This document shows, one piece after another, positions 11,931-24,163 of a stretch of DNA of 64,000 nt. The position numbers and the translations under genes were made by a program. The notes beneath the pieces were generated by a model. It worked only from the letters and a program-made list of their open reading frames with translations. It had not been told where the DNA came from and did no database searches. Numbering within the stretch: the first letter of the stretch is position 1; every line of letters begins with the position of its first letter. This stretch comes from Tricharina praecox (taxonomy: Eukaryota), in contig NW_026250409.1 in NCBI RefSeq assembly GCF_024521635.1, positions 310,001 to 374,000 of the forward strand. Reading direction: 5' to 3'.

Positions 11931-12790
11931 GCTAAATCCAGGCCGAGCTCATCTGTCTGTAGGATCTCACGGGATTTTGGGTAAGTCGGGGGCTCACTGG
12001 TCACAGATCATCACCAACTCATCGGATTCAGGCACAGACGTGACTCCCCCTTCAGAGCTCAATAACGTAAATATTCCATAAGCATAGTGAGCCTAAGTCG
12101 TCTACCTTAGAAATGGCAAACAAAACCTCTATCAATATTGAAACATCAGACGTCAGCGTCAGCAAAACTTGCAAACAATAATCTATGTACTACTCGTCCA
12201 CTAGAAGACTCGGCCATCCCAATCAATAACCGAGCCTGAACATTTCAAGCTCGAATGAGTATCATTGTGTGGGTATAATCTGCTCATAGACAGACTTTAA
12301 TATAACTCGATGTCTCGTTGTTATGGCTTCCAGTTAACGATTTTCAGCAGGAGAGGAATGATGCTCGATGAGAAGAGAAGGTCAACGGGAAGGTCCTTAT
12401 GTTTGATCCAACAGCCGTCGATGGTTCCGAAAGTAGTGGAAACAATTGAATATGGAGAGTACCAGGTACTGCGAAGAAATATAGGACCATTAGTTGAGCG
12501 GATAGCTGCATACCTATATTGGGGAGGCGTATGAAGAACAAGTTGCAAGCTGTGAGTTTGACTCAGACCTGAGCTATGTCCTAGATTGCTCATGCAATAA
12601 AATCAACATGCGTACAGTGAATCGTTGGTTCGAACTAGCCGTTGAGTGGTGGGCTCGAGTGCTCACTCAAGGAGGACGAGTCCCACTCACGTGCAGCCAT
12701 TATATTATCAATGCACTTATGTAAGCGGTATTTCCATCAGTGATTTTACATGAGCAAGCTCTAACTCTTGGCAAACCAAGCCCCAAACCA

Positions 12791-12841
12791 CAGTCACATC
12801 CATTTAGCGCGCACACTGCGCTCCCCGCGAAATTTCCCACA
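12791..12841 (+). promoter_or_regulatory. RPS17 promoter elements: Homol-D box CAGTCACA, TTTAGCGCGCACAC, GCGAAATTTCCCACA
   Basis: CAGTCACA at 12791-12798 is the known fungal RP-gene Homol-D element. The other two motifs are shared with the RPL39 promoter. Confidence 0.6.
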
Positions 12842-12993
12842 AACCAGCCAGAGGCCTTGTAATAGCGAAGATAACGACGCCAACGACGACCGACCAGCCG
12901 ACCGACAACCCCACGCCCACGAACTTCGGTACCTAACGCCTCGACAACCCCATCTCCCCGCCGTAACCAGATTTACCAGCAAAATCCTACACA

Positions 12994-13645
12994 ATGGGCC
13001 GCGGTACGTCCCTCCGACTTGACGATTCGCCTACACCGCGGGTCTCCCCTCTCTTGCAGAGGGTAGAAGGCTAATAACGCGGTGTTGGAATATTACAGTT
13101 AGAACCAAGACCGTCAAGAAGTCCGCCAAGGTCATCATTGAGCGGTACTACCCCCGTCTCACTCTCGACTTTGAGACCAACAAGCGCATCTGTGATGAGA
13201 TCGCCATCATCGCGTCCAAGCGTCTGAGGAACAAGGTGCGTCGAAGGAGCTTTGTTGGAAGTAGTTTGGGCGCCGGGGAATGCTAACAGGACTTGTGATA
13301 GATCGCTGGTTACACTACCCACTTGATGAAGCGTATCCAGCGTGGACCCGTCCGCGGTATCTCGTTCAAGCTTCAGGAGGAGGAGCGTGAGCGCAAGGAC
13401 CAGTACGTTCCTGAGATCTCGGCTCTTGACTTCTCGGAGGCTGGCACCCTTGAGGTCGACGCCGACACCAAGGACATGCTCAAGACCCTTGGAGTACGTT
13501 TCGTCCCTTTCCACACAAATTACTCGGAACAAAGGCCTAACAAACATCACAGTTCGACTCCATCTCTACCAACGTTGTTGCCGTTTCCCAGCAGCAGGAC
13601 CAGCAGGTTCGCCGCGGTGGTTACCGTGGTGGTGCCCGCACTTAA
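12994..13645 (+). CDS. RPS17: 40S ribosomal protein eS17; exons 12994-13003, 13099-13235, 13302-13493, 13553-13645
   Basis: Spliced product [81 protein letters not shown]... Confidence 0.97.
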
Positions 13646-14243
13646 AGCGCCCGTAGCCAGTGCGTTGTCATCGTGGGGACTTCTTCTTATGAGGTGGTTT
13701 CCACGGTCTCAGTGGGATATGTCGCTTGTGTGCTTAGTAAAAAAAAGTTTCACACAATATTTTTCTTCGGCTTGGGGACTCAGGAGTTGTCTGGCGTTCA
13801 AGTGGTTCAGAAAGGAATGAATTTCAACCATTGTTTTCCCAACTGAAAATGTGATGAATTATGCGATATCTATTGTGGTGAACCGTTTGTGTTGTGCATA
13901 CCTATCCGAAAGTGAAGTAAGCAGGATGACGGGGCCTAAACTGCGACTTTACTGCAGGCAAGCTGGCTGGCGTCTCTTGGCCGGAGCAACCATCCACCGG
14001 TACACCGGCACTTCCGGCCGGTATCCATACATAAGCACCCGTTCAGCCCAGTCCGCGGCCCGTCCTCTCTATTTCTCCAGACCACCTGAACGCTCATCCT
14101 TTCTTCTCCAGATCGCCCCCGGCCCACGAATGCAGCGGAGTTAAGCTTCCTTGGCGGGGTTACCAGGCAATCTCACCCACCACATCCTCCCCCCCCCCCC
14201 CCCCACCAACTGTCCAACGGTAGCCCGCATTATCTGTTACCTG

Positions 14244-14702
14244 ATGGAGACGACAACGATGGCGGCCCGTCCCCGCTCACTATCACTGTCCTCCTCTTCA
14301 TCATCGAGTAAATACCATACCGCCCCGACGACGCACGGCCGGCTCGAGTACCCGCCGACCCCGTCGCCGACCACGACAGCCTCGACAGCCTCGACAACGG
14401 CCTCGAACTCCACAACGACCTCGACCACGCCGCTCCGCGCGCACCCCCGCCCCCGTCGAGACCCGTCGATGACGCCCGGCTCCTCCACGCCCGTCGAGAC
14501 CACGCCGTCATCGACGTGGTGGAACTACTTCTACGCGGCGCGCGACCCGGAGGCCGCCGCCGCCGCTGCGCCGCCCGTCCCCGAAAAGCACGTTACGCGC
14601 GAGGTCTCCGTTGTAGCGGATGTGGCGCGCCTCGCCGGCGCGGGGATGTTGTGGGCTGTTGGGTGCTGTGGGCTGTGCCGGGGCGTCAGGGGAGAGGGGT
14701 AG
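14244..14702 (+). CDS. Hypothetical small Ser/Thr-rich protein with Cys-rich hydrophobic C-terminus
   Basis: GC-rich ATG ORF of ~152 aa. No family recognised. Confidence 0.5.
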   Translation: METTTMAARPRSLSLSSSSSSSKYHTAPTTHGRLEYPPTPSPTTTASTASTTASNSTTTSTTPLRAHPRPRRDPSMTPGSSTPVETTPSSTWWNYFYAARDPEAAAAAAPPVPEKHVTREVSVVADVARLAGAGMLWAVGCCGLCRGVRGEG

Positions 14703-14735
14703 CATAGGTAGCATAGCATAGCGCGCGCGAGGTTG

Positions 14736-14781
14736 GGGGCTGAGGGGCTGAGGGCTGAGGGCTGAGGGCTGAGGGCTGAGG
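14736..14781. repeat. (GGGCTGA)n microsatellite, ~6 units
   Basis: Directly visible. Confidence 0.9.
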
Positions 14782-15490
14782 GAGCGGTGTATTAGTACTC
14801 TACGCATATTGTGTTCTGCGGTGTTTCGGACTCGGTTTTGGGTTTTTTGACTACTTTGGGTAGACGGATCATGGTTTGGCGTATCAATAGACGGATTTAT
14901 TGTTTCGATCTGGATGCGGGCTTGGGATAAGTGCGACACGCGATGGTGGGCGGTAATGGACGTGTTCACGTGACTTAGTTTGAGCTGGAGGAGGACGAGC
15001 GTTTTCTGGGTGGGTGGGAATGGATGCGTGCGGCAGGATGACGGGAATGGACCGGCAAGCTGAGCTAACAGCGGGTATAGAGTAGAGCTAATTGAAGGTG
15101 TTTTGCAAGCTTACTTTGAAATCCGATTCATCACGTCTTTAGACAGCAGCTGAGACAAGGAAACAAGAATACAGAGACCAGATACACCTGTGAAGCAACA
15201 GTAGAGACAAAGAGAAGAATCGGAGAACACCACACTTTAACCATTCACATTGCAAAGGGGGTCTGCGTAATCGACGACGACTAATCCCATCTTCACGGAG
15301 TTGCTTTAATTATCGTTGCAAAACATCAACCGTAAAGAAGTTGTTTGAACCCCTTCTCCCACACAAGAGGAGTTTATCCCAACTCACCCGCAAAGGAGAA
15401 CGGAAACAAGAAAAGAAGAAGCCCCGAAAAAACAAACAGACAAAAAAGGAAATTTGATTGTTTCGCCCTTTTTATTTTTGTTTGTCCCGT

Positions 15491-16173
15491 TTATGCGGAG
15501 GTGGCGGGAGCAGCGGGGGCATCAGAGCCACGGGCACCCTTGGGGGTTCCGAGCTGGAAGCCGTTCTTGAAGCGCCGGGTGACGGTCTTGAGGTAACGCA
15601 TGCGTCCAGTACCGGTGGTCTTTCTCCTCTTGGCCTTCTCGGACCAGTTGTCTGCGACACATACAATGTCAGAGCCATGTTTTGGAGCTGTCGCGAGCAG
15701 TGGAGGAGAATTGATAACATACACTTGCGGACCTTGGCGGCGGGGTATCCGCAGGACGAGCAAGTGCTCTTCTGGATGTGGAAAGACCGGCGTCCGCAAC
15801 GACGGCAGAGCGTGTGCGACTTGTTCTATGGGATTGTCAGAATGTGGTTTCCTTTTCACATCGCCTGCTACTGATTCGAGATAGGTGTCTATCGCGATGG
15901 AGTAGGGGGGCACGAACGTGACGCTTTCCGAACGATCTATATGACACCACCTAGTCAGTTAATCTGCTTCGCGTCGATGTTTCCCAGCTTCCTGACTGCC
16001 AGTAATCCACCCAGAGTGCTTTGTGTTTTCCCAGCTTTTCCCAATTCCTCCGTGTCCTCCTATTCTTCTTCCTCCTCCTCTTGATCCCTCTCCTCCTCGC
16101 TGCAAGCTCGCATCTCCACCTCTCCTCTCGCGCACGGGAATCGGAGTTTCACGTACCCAGTTCCTTTCGTCAT
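15491..16173 (-). CDS. RPL37: 60S ribosomal protein eL37; exons 16173-16157, 15936-15918, 15825-15723, 15651-15491
   Basis: Spliced [68 protein letters not shown]..., with the C4 zinc finger intact. Confidence 0.97.
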
Positions 16174-16791
16174 GATTGGCGGTCCTTGAGGTTATCGGGA
16201 CTTGTCGTTGTGCGGGGGTCGGGGTCGGGGGGGTCTCGTTGGGCGTGGCGTCGGCGATTTCGGTCTGTGATGTCCTGAAGCTTGCAAACCTCCAAGTTCG
16301 AAATGTGATTTGTGTGTGTGTTGGTGCGAGAACAGTCAGCCGCCACGCCACGGTTAGGGCAACGAAGCCCTTTTGTGTGTGGGCTAGTTAATGTGTGGCG
16401 GTGCAGCAAAGCGCTAGCTGAGTAAGGCATGACAAGCGAGTATTTGCGGCTCCGCAGGGCAGAAGAGCGAAATTTCGCATTAAGCAGATACAAACGAACT
16501 ACAATTTGAATTCAACACTCTGAGGTAGCGGCATGGTGATGACTTATTTAATAGACATCACAGACTTTCCTTTTGATCGTTTTTGTCTTGTAACGGATTC
16601 GACAATCACGACCCAGTAGTCCGCTACCGAGTGTCCGTTGGTGATTTGAATGTCTGCCCCACATGGCTACAGCGGTCTAACGGGTCTGTCGTTCCCAGCC
16701 AGCACTACAATTCTCACCACTATCGCACCATCCCTCTTCGGTTACCTCCCTCATCTCCACCGTCTCCAACATCTTCAATCCCCACTTCGCA

Positions 16792-17745
16792 ATGTCGCAC
16801 CCCCGCCGCGCCGCTGTTCCCAACTCCTGGGATGACGACGACTGGATCTCCCCCTCCGCATCTACATCTATTTCAAACGCGCCGATAGTCCTCGCCGCTC
16901 CCTCTACCATTGTCGAGGTTCCCGTCATAATCGCAAACCAGCAGCCAAAAACATTATACAAACCCGAGATCAGACTTCTGAAGCGCGCATCACCATCCGC
17001 GTCCCCCGCACCTGCGCCCTCGAGGACGAGCACCCGCTCTGAGGAAAAGGAACGCAAGGAGAAGGAACGCAAGGAGAAGGAACGTAGATATCAGGAAGCC
17101 AAGGATCGAATATTTGCTGCCTCGTCGCCTTCTACGACTACCGCTTCCTCACCCGTTCCGTCGGAGAATGAAAGTGGGAAGGGGAAGGGGAAAGGGAAGC
17201 AGTCTGGGGGGAATTCACCCAGAAAGAACTCGCCATCTGGAACTGCTACCAATACCACCACCACTGGGACTACAAGTTCTTCTGCGCGGAGGCCGCAACC
17301 ACAGCAGCCACAGAGTACAGGCGCAATCACGGGGTTCTCACTAAACTCTGGTTCCTTTTCTTCGGCGCCCATCAAGGCGCGGGAACGACAGGAATGGCAG
17401 CTGCGACAGGTCGCGCTGGACGGAAAGATGCTGGAGAGCCAGGCGCAGAAGTACGGATTCGGCCGGAACGATGAACTGCTGGGAGACAAGGAGCGCGGTT
17501 TAGATTGGGATGAGTTCAGGAGGGATCGGTGGGAGGGCGGGGTTGAAGAAGAGGTGGAGGGGAGGTTGGAGCGGTTGGACTTCGTTGAGGTTGGGGAGAG
17601 CGCTGACGAACCGATGCTCAAACCACCCAGGAAGAGTGTGGCAGGTACGGTGACTCCGGTGAGGGAGCCTAGAGGTCCTGATAGTGAGGGAAGGGGGTTC
17701 AGTGGGCGCGGCAGAGGCGGTGGGAAGCGCGGCGGCGCTTCATGA
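16792..17745 (+). CDS. SUZ / SUZ-C domain RNA-binding protein (SZRD1-like)
   Basis: VPNSWDDDD N-terminus, IRLLKR..EKERRYQEAKDRIF (SUZ), PVREPRGPD..GRGF (SUZ-C), and an RGG tail. Confidence 0.8.
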   Translation: MSHPRRAAVPNSWDDDDWISPSASTSISNAPIVLAAPSTIVEVPVIIANQQPKTLYKPEIRLLKRASPSASPAPAPSRTSTRSEEKERKEKERKEKERRYQEAKDRIFAASSPSTTTASSPVPSENESGKGKGKGKQSGGNSPRKNSPSGTATNTTTTGTTSSSARRPQPQQPQSTGAITGFSLNSGSFSSAPIKARERQEWQLRQVALDGKMLESQAQKYGFGRNDELLGDKERGLDWDEFRRDRWEGGVEEEVEGRLERLDFVEVGESADEPMLKPPRKSVAGTVTPVREPRGPDSEGRGFSGRGRGGGKRGGAS

Positions 17746-18271
17746 GTTCGTCCTTCATTGTGACCTGTTGAGCATATGAAGAGGTTCTGTTATTTCTTTG
17801 ATTGGTTTGATTATCATTGGCTGGGATTTCATAGAGGCGTGGGGGAAGCGTGGGATTTGTACTTTTACTATTATGTTACTCTGCCAGAATTTTGGGCATG
17901 ATGGAGGTGATTTGCTACCTTTTTTCTCGTAATGACACAAGCGCATAACTTGCTTCATTAACGATCTACCGTCAAGAGCTTTTCCGATGAGCATCTCCGC
18001 GAAAACCTGATTCCATAGTATTTCCTTTGGCGTCCAGCAGCTTTAAAACAGAGCCATTCGCCTTCGATCCGTGCCGGAGAGAGCTATTCCCGCCGCGCGT
18101 CGCGCATAAGATGCAGGTTGGTTGTGTAAGCCAAGCCCGTCGCCAGTAGAGAACATCTGGCGCTTCAGCACAGCCATCCCTGAGACCATCTCTATCTTCT
18201 ATCTTTACGCACCCACCTCCCACCACTCTAAACTTCACTACCCCCCAACACATACTCACGACGCATTCACC

Positions 18272-19351
18272 ATGGCGATATCACTCCAAGACCGCACCTC
18301 GGAATTCCACACGCTCACATCGGCAGTCAACAAGCGACTCGCGCGGTCCGGTCCCTCCGCTGCGCACCAACGGCTCCTCGCCTCCTCGCCCTCGCAAGAT
18401 GGCTCTTCCACCCGAAAATCCAAGAACCCCCGCGGGGAGTTCGCGCGCCGTGCTGCCAACATCGGCAAGAGCATTACAGACACGATGGGGAAGCTCGAGA
18501 GGCTAGCGATCCGTATGTCCCCGTCCCCCCTTGTGTGAGCGGCGGGTCGGCCGTGATGCTGCTGCTGCTGTTGGTGATGATGATGGCTGGCTGACGTTAC
18601 AAACCCGATAGTCGCGAAACGCAAAACCCTCTTCGACGACAAGCCCGTCGAAATCGCCGAGCTCACCTACGTGATCAAGCAGGACCTATCGGCGATCAAC
18701 GCGCAGATCAGCGGGCTACAGTCATTCGTGCGGAGCCAAGCGTCGCCCAGCAGCTCGTCGGCGGAACACAGCAAGAACGTCGTCGTGATGCTGCAGGGGA
18801 AGCTTGCGGATGTGTCCGTGGGCTTCAAGGAGGTGCTGGAAGTCCGCACGAAGAATATCCAGGCGTCGAGAGCGCGCACGGAGAAATTCGTGAGCGGCGT
18901 GCGCCCGGCGAGCCCGTCGAATATTCTGAATGGTGGCGGTGCGAGTCATTCCCCGCTGTATGCTACGCCATCGAGTACGCCGAGGCCGCAGGGGGATGCG
19001 GGGCTGTTGATTCTGGAACCGATGGGCGCGCAGAGTGCGCAGCAGCTTGCGTTGATGGAGGAGGGAGGGCAGGGGACGTATATTCAGGCTCGTGGGGAGG
19101 CTATCGAGGCTATCGAGCGGACGATCACGGAGCTCGGCGGGATCTTTGGACAGCTGGCGCAGATGGTTAGTGAGCAGAAAGACATGATCCAGAGGATTGA
19201 CCACGAGACCGAAGATGTGGTGGCGAATGTCGAGGGCGGGCAGAGGGAGCTCCTAAAGTACTTCGCCAGGGTTTCGAGTAATCGCTGGCTCATGGTCAAG
19301 ATGTTTGGTGTTTTGATGATCTTCTTCTTGCTTTGGGTGTTGGTTTCATAA
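18272..19351 (+). CDS. SED5: cis-Golgi syntaxin Sed5/Syntaxin-5; intron 18513-18611
   Basis: SLQDRTSEF N-peptide, LAKRKTLFDDKPVEI, SNARE motif IERTITELGGIFGQLAQMVSEQ, and C-terminal TM. Confidence 0.96.
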
Positions 19352-19971
19352 AGGGTTACTTGTTTTCATTTTGTATCATCAATAGCCGGCTGGTCTGTAC
19401 GCTGTTTACTTCTTTCGACTTTCTCTTCTGTATGGGGGCTCTAGATTTTTATCTCTTCGTTTAACTACATTTTTTTGTTCGTCTGGGTTTGCGTATGGTT
19501 TGGTTTTCGTCTGGGTTTGGGGAACTTTTTGTACAATCTAGCGGGACGTGCCTCCGAGTTCGTTTTTGCTTCTCTTTCTTCTGCTTCCTCTCCGCCGGGG
19601 TTTATTCATCGTAATAGAAATGGTAGGTGTCTGTACTCTATTCTCCGAGCAAGTGGAAGGATGGGTGGGTGATCATCTATGGATCTGGAATGACATCGTG
19701 AGGGCGCCGGATTTACATCACTCTTCACGGTGAACGATGGGATCGATGTGGCTAGGAGGTACGGTATGTGCCTCGTTCATGTGCTCAATACGGTAAACGC
19801 CATCTACCAGTTAAACACACAAAATCATCCAGCATGCAAACAGATGAACCAACATGCAAACAAGCACAGCCAGCGACTCCATAAACCGAACTGGATTCAC
19901 ACGCACAGACACATGCATTGTTCGTATTAACGAACACGTTTCGAGGGATTAGGCCGGCTCAAACGCGAGCT

Positions 19972-21500
19972 CTACTCGTCGTCTATGATCATCTCCTTAA
20001 TCACCTCCTTGCGTCCCCCTCTGGCAGCCAAACTCTTCGTGCCGCCCCGCTCATCATCGGTCAACACAGGCGCGAACAGCAGATCAACCTCGTCAACCAG
20101 ATCGTACAGCACGTCTTCGGCGATCTGCTCATCGTAACGCTCCCACACGCCTCTGACATTGTCCGGAAGGTCCTTTGGTTTCGCAAGCCATTCGGGCCCG
20201 AAGTTCATCTCTGCTGCTCCGCCTTTGAAAACGCTAACTGCGGGATAGTAACCTAGTGCGCCATCGTCGAGTTCTCTACCGCCAAGGGCGGGGAGCGGCT
20301 TAGATGCCGGTGGGAGGAAGGCGTAGAGCCCTTCGAAAGGAGTGCCGATCAGTTCGCCGTTGCGGTAGACACGGATGAAGCTCCCGGGGAGCGTCTTTGG
20401 TGCTGATGAGGGCTTGCTGTTGGTAGCCGGGTTCATGAGGTCTTCGTATTCCTTTGTAGGTTGGTACTCGAAGTGTTCGAACCACAGCTGATTCTTGAAG
20501 CGGATCGGGAGACGGTCACGTATGACATCGCCGCTCTTGACGGTAGGATCCCCACTAATCTCCCGCTGCACCGATAGCGGCGGGAGCGAGATATGCAGAC
20601 CTATCACGTCGCCGGTCACAAATGACCGATCCTGCACGAATGCCTTCGGCCGCGACATGTGCACCTTCTCGAAACACTGATCTCGCAGACCATACGAGTA
20701 TGCATCGAAACCGACCGGCGCATCCAGCGGCGCCTCGCGCCTCGCCCAGCCCACACGAACATGTCCATCTGCCGCCCCGCCTTCTGTGATCCCATTGACC
20801 ACTTTACACTCATAGTACCAGTCTCCCTCTCGCACGCCGACGTTTGCCCGTGCCATTCGCCAGCCCTTGGCTGTTGTGACACCCGTGCCGGCGTCGTTAA
20901 TGCAGACTTGCGGATTCATGTCTTCGTAGTTTATTCGTGCGTTGAAGGGCTCATATTCGGTTCCGCGGTATGACAATGCCGTGAGAAGGTGTGAGGCTTT
21001 GCAGGGACTGTATCTGAACCCTCGGCGATTCATGGGACTGTTTCCCTCGTCAATTACCACCACCCTCTATAATCCAACAGGAGCACATACTGATCGTTAA
21101 CAACAAACCAATCCCCCTCCGTAGACGGCGTCTCCTCCAGCGCCAGCGGTGGAGCACGATGGGCATGGTAGTCGAGGAACTGCGGCGGCGGCAGCTGATA
21201 CCTCACCAACCCCGGACTCTCGGTCTCGACTCCCTTCGGTGTAGTATTTCCCGTCTGCTTTCCGGAATGCGTTCCATTGCCACCGCCGGCAGCTTCCCTG
21301 CTGGCTCCGCCCCCTCCCAAACTACCAGCTGCTGTTCCCTCCTTCTTGCGCCAGGTCTCTTTCTTTTCGCGGGGCTCGCGGTGGCCGCTCGACTTGACGG
21401 TTGGACGGGAACGTGGAGCGTCATCCGTGGCGGTGGAGGGACGCTTGGAAGGAATTGAGGAGGGCGGCGGTGGTGGTGGTGGTGGTGCGGAGTCTGTCAT
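19972..21500 (-). CDS. BRE2: COMPASS/Set1C subunit Bre2/Ash2 (SPRY domain); intron 21038-21090
   Basis: NRRGFRY, GWRMARANVGVREGDWYYE, HVRVGWARREAPLDAPVGFDAYSYG, and C-terminal YDEQIAEDVLYDLVDE. Confidence 0.93.
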
Positions 21501-22482
21501 TGTATTCGTCGTTGGAATGGATTCGAGGACTTTTGGCTGAGGAACACGCGAGCCTGCAGACGCGCACTCGAGCTTGAGATGTTGCAGGGTATCACTAGCT
21601 GACTTGGCGCGACGATGATGTAAATCTCGAGTAATTACATATGAGGCACTTGTTGGACGAGCGACGCGCCGACGCCAAGGCTCGCGCCGGTGAATGGTCG
21701 CTAGAAAAGTGCTTATTGTCTGGAAGAATCATGGCTGAGTCAAGTAGCCATCCGCGAATCTGAAGAAAAAGGGTCGAGTGATTCCTAATAAGCCACCGCT
21801 GTTTGGGGATTTTGGAAGCAGGAGATTCCCGACAGCCGAAAAACGGTCGGAGATATCACTATGGCGATGGCCTACCCTACTGCCCACGAAGATGTTAAGC
21901 CCTACCTCCGGCCGTTGTTTTCGGCCAGTAAGGTGTCTCTAGAACGTACGGCTCTCGGACTCTTTCGATCCTCATATCTAAAGTAAAGAGTAACCAACCC
22001 TACTTTCCGTACACATAAAATGATCGAGTCAAGAGTTTATGGGAAGGAACCAAAAATCTGACGAGAGTCGAGACTCTCACTGGATGGCGCGGCTGGTTGA
22101 CAGACGCCAGCCATCGTCATTGTCGGTCGAAATCTTCGTGAAATCAATGCTGCTATTTCGAACGCGACGCGATCATCAACGCGACTTCGTTTGATGCGCT
22201 CTAACCTGGCACACTCACCAACACAATGGGATCAAGCAAGAGGAAACCGTTATTTGGTTTGTCTACACTGCTCGTCCGCTTCGTTACAGGAGCACCAAGG
22301 AAAAAGGCGAAACGATTCCCCAACCGAAAAAGCACAAGCAAACAAGCCAGAACCAACCCAGATTAATAAGAAAGAGGCCATGACGAAAACCAGACGCACC
22401 AGAACTGAAATTGCTGAAGACAAGCCAACCACATAACGATGGACCCTGCTCCGAGTGATGTAACAATATTGGTGGAGGTTGT

Positions 22483-23261
22483 TTAACGGCTGCGCAGTAC
22501 AACTGATTAGTGATGGCAATTGGAAGGTACGGCAGGAAGATCAACTCACTCCTCGGCCCACTCGTTCTCGCGACGGATCTGCTCCTCCTCCTCGGGAGTG
22601 AAATCGTTCTGGATGTTGAAAGTCTTTCTAATCTCCTCGGGGCTCTTTCCCTTGATCATGTTGGCAACGGTCTTGCATCCAACATCAAGAAGAGGCTTGA
22701 TATCCAAGTAGTTGGCAGCCTGAGCACGATCTGCGTTAGATTTATTTTGCGGGCCGGGGGGGCGTCGTTCGGAACTTACCAAGATGATCTCGAAGAGCAT
22801 CTCCTGGTCGACCTGCATGAACTTCTGATCCCACTCCTCGATATCGGTCGACCTCTTGCGAGAGTCCGACTCGTCGTCGTTGGTAGCAGGCGAGTCGCCC
22901 TGGTGGTGCTCGCACCACTCGATGACCTTCTTCAGAACGGCTTCGTTGACCTGGATGATGGCGTTAGTGAGATGCGCTGCCGGTAGGTGACGTGGCGGGC
23001 CGAGCTTGATCGACGCACGGAATGAAGAGGGTCATACGTTAGGAATCGGGATAGCATCCTCAACCTCGCCAACATCCTCGAGCATGTTCTTGATGAGGAC
23101 GGAACGCTCAGCGACCTCCTTGTCTGTTTGCCACGGTCGCGTCAGTTCATGAGGACTTGAGAGCGCTGGTTGTGGTGCTGGCAGTCGTGATGGGAATGGA
23201 CAAACGTACCGACAGCAATGATGGCACCGTCAGAGCTCATAAGCTTGATTTGGGCAATCAT
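22483..23261 (-). CDS. SKP1: SCF subunit Skp1; exons 23261-23210, 23123-23038, 22950-22780, 22719-22550, 22489-22483
   Basis: [77 protein letters not shown]. Confidence 0.97.
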
Positions 23262-24070
23262 CTTGATGTATCGGTGTTGTTTGCGTAAAGTCGTAAAGTT
23301 GATGTGGGGGGGGGGGGGGGTACGGGAGGGAGTCGAGGAGGTTGAGGTTTGTGGAGTGGTCGTGGTTGGTGTGTAAGGTTGAGCTGTGGTAGTTGGACAG
23401 AGGACAGAGAAGGCGGTTGTAGAGAGAGAGAGAAGATGGGGTTGGTGGTAGTGGTGGTAACTTAAGTGGGTGCAGGCACGCTGAGGCTCAGCTCAGATTG
23501 AAGGAAGCTTGGCTCTTTTGAAGTGGCAGCGGGGTATGAGTAATGCGGCAGCACCCTTGACACATCGGGGAAGAACAAAGCATACGAGCAACATGGGCCG
23601 TCACCGCGCACAAAGAAACCCTTATTTCGCATCGTCTACAGCTTATACACCGGCGAGGCCGAGTAGAGAGTGACTTCCCCCCATGGGGACTGCAAAGGCT
23701 GTTCAAGTGCGCGCAGTTTGGACTTGGACGTCTGAACCCGGCGGACACAGCAAGCAGACCGGGCGTCAGCACATCTGCCGCGCGCCGCTGCGAAGCAAAA
23801 CGCCAAGTGCCGGCACAGCGAGATCCGTATCGACGTCGATTGGGAATAAATCTTTGGGTCAAACTGCGGTGGACCTAGGAAAAAAGGCAAAGGGACCGCT
23901 CTTTGATCGGGAACCTAAAACGCAAGTTGCCTCTCGAGGCCCCTCGTTATTTGGTTTGCATGCTGAGTCATTGTGATCCTGGGTTCTTGCATGCTCTGCT
24001 CTTCCTGGCCGGGGATGGCCTGGCGATGAACAAGGGGCTTGGTGGGGCTGTACACAGTGACTTGTGAGTA

Positions 24071-24163
24071 GTCAACAAATAGATGACTTGAGTCAATAAA
24101 TAGAAGGCTCGAGTCAATAAACAGAGTGGCTCGAGTTAATAAACAGAATGACTCGATTCAACA
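24071..24163. repeat. ~21-22-bp tandem repeat (GTCAATAAAYAGARTGGCTCGA-like) x4
   Basis: Directly visible, degenerate units. Confidence 0.8.

Noticed and set aside
12929..12979. Possible 5'UTR intron in RPS17 (GTACCT..CGTAAC..CAG)
   Set aside because: Non-consensus branch site and no reading-frame constraint to verify it; not supportable without transcripts.
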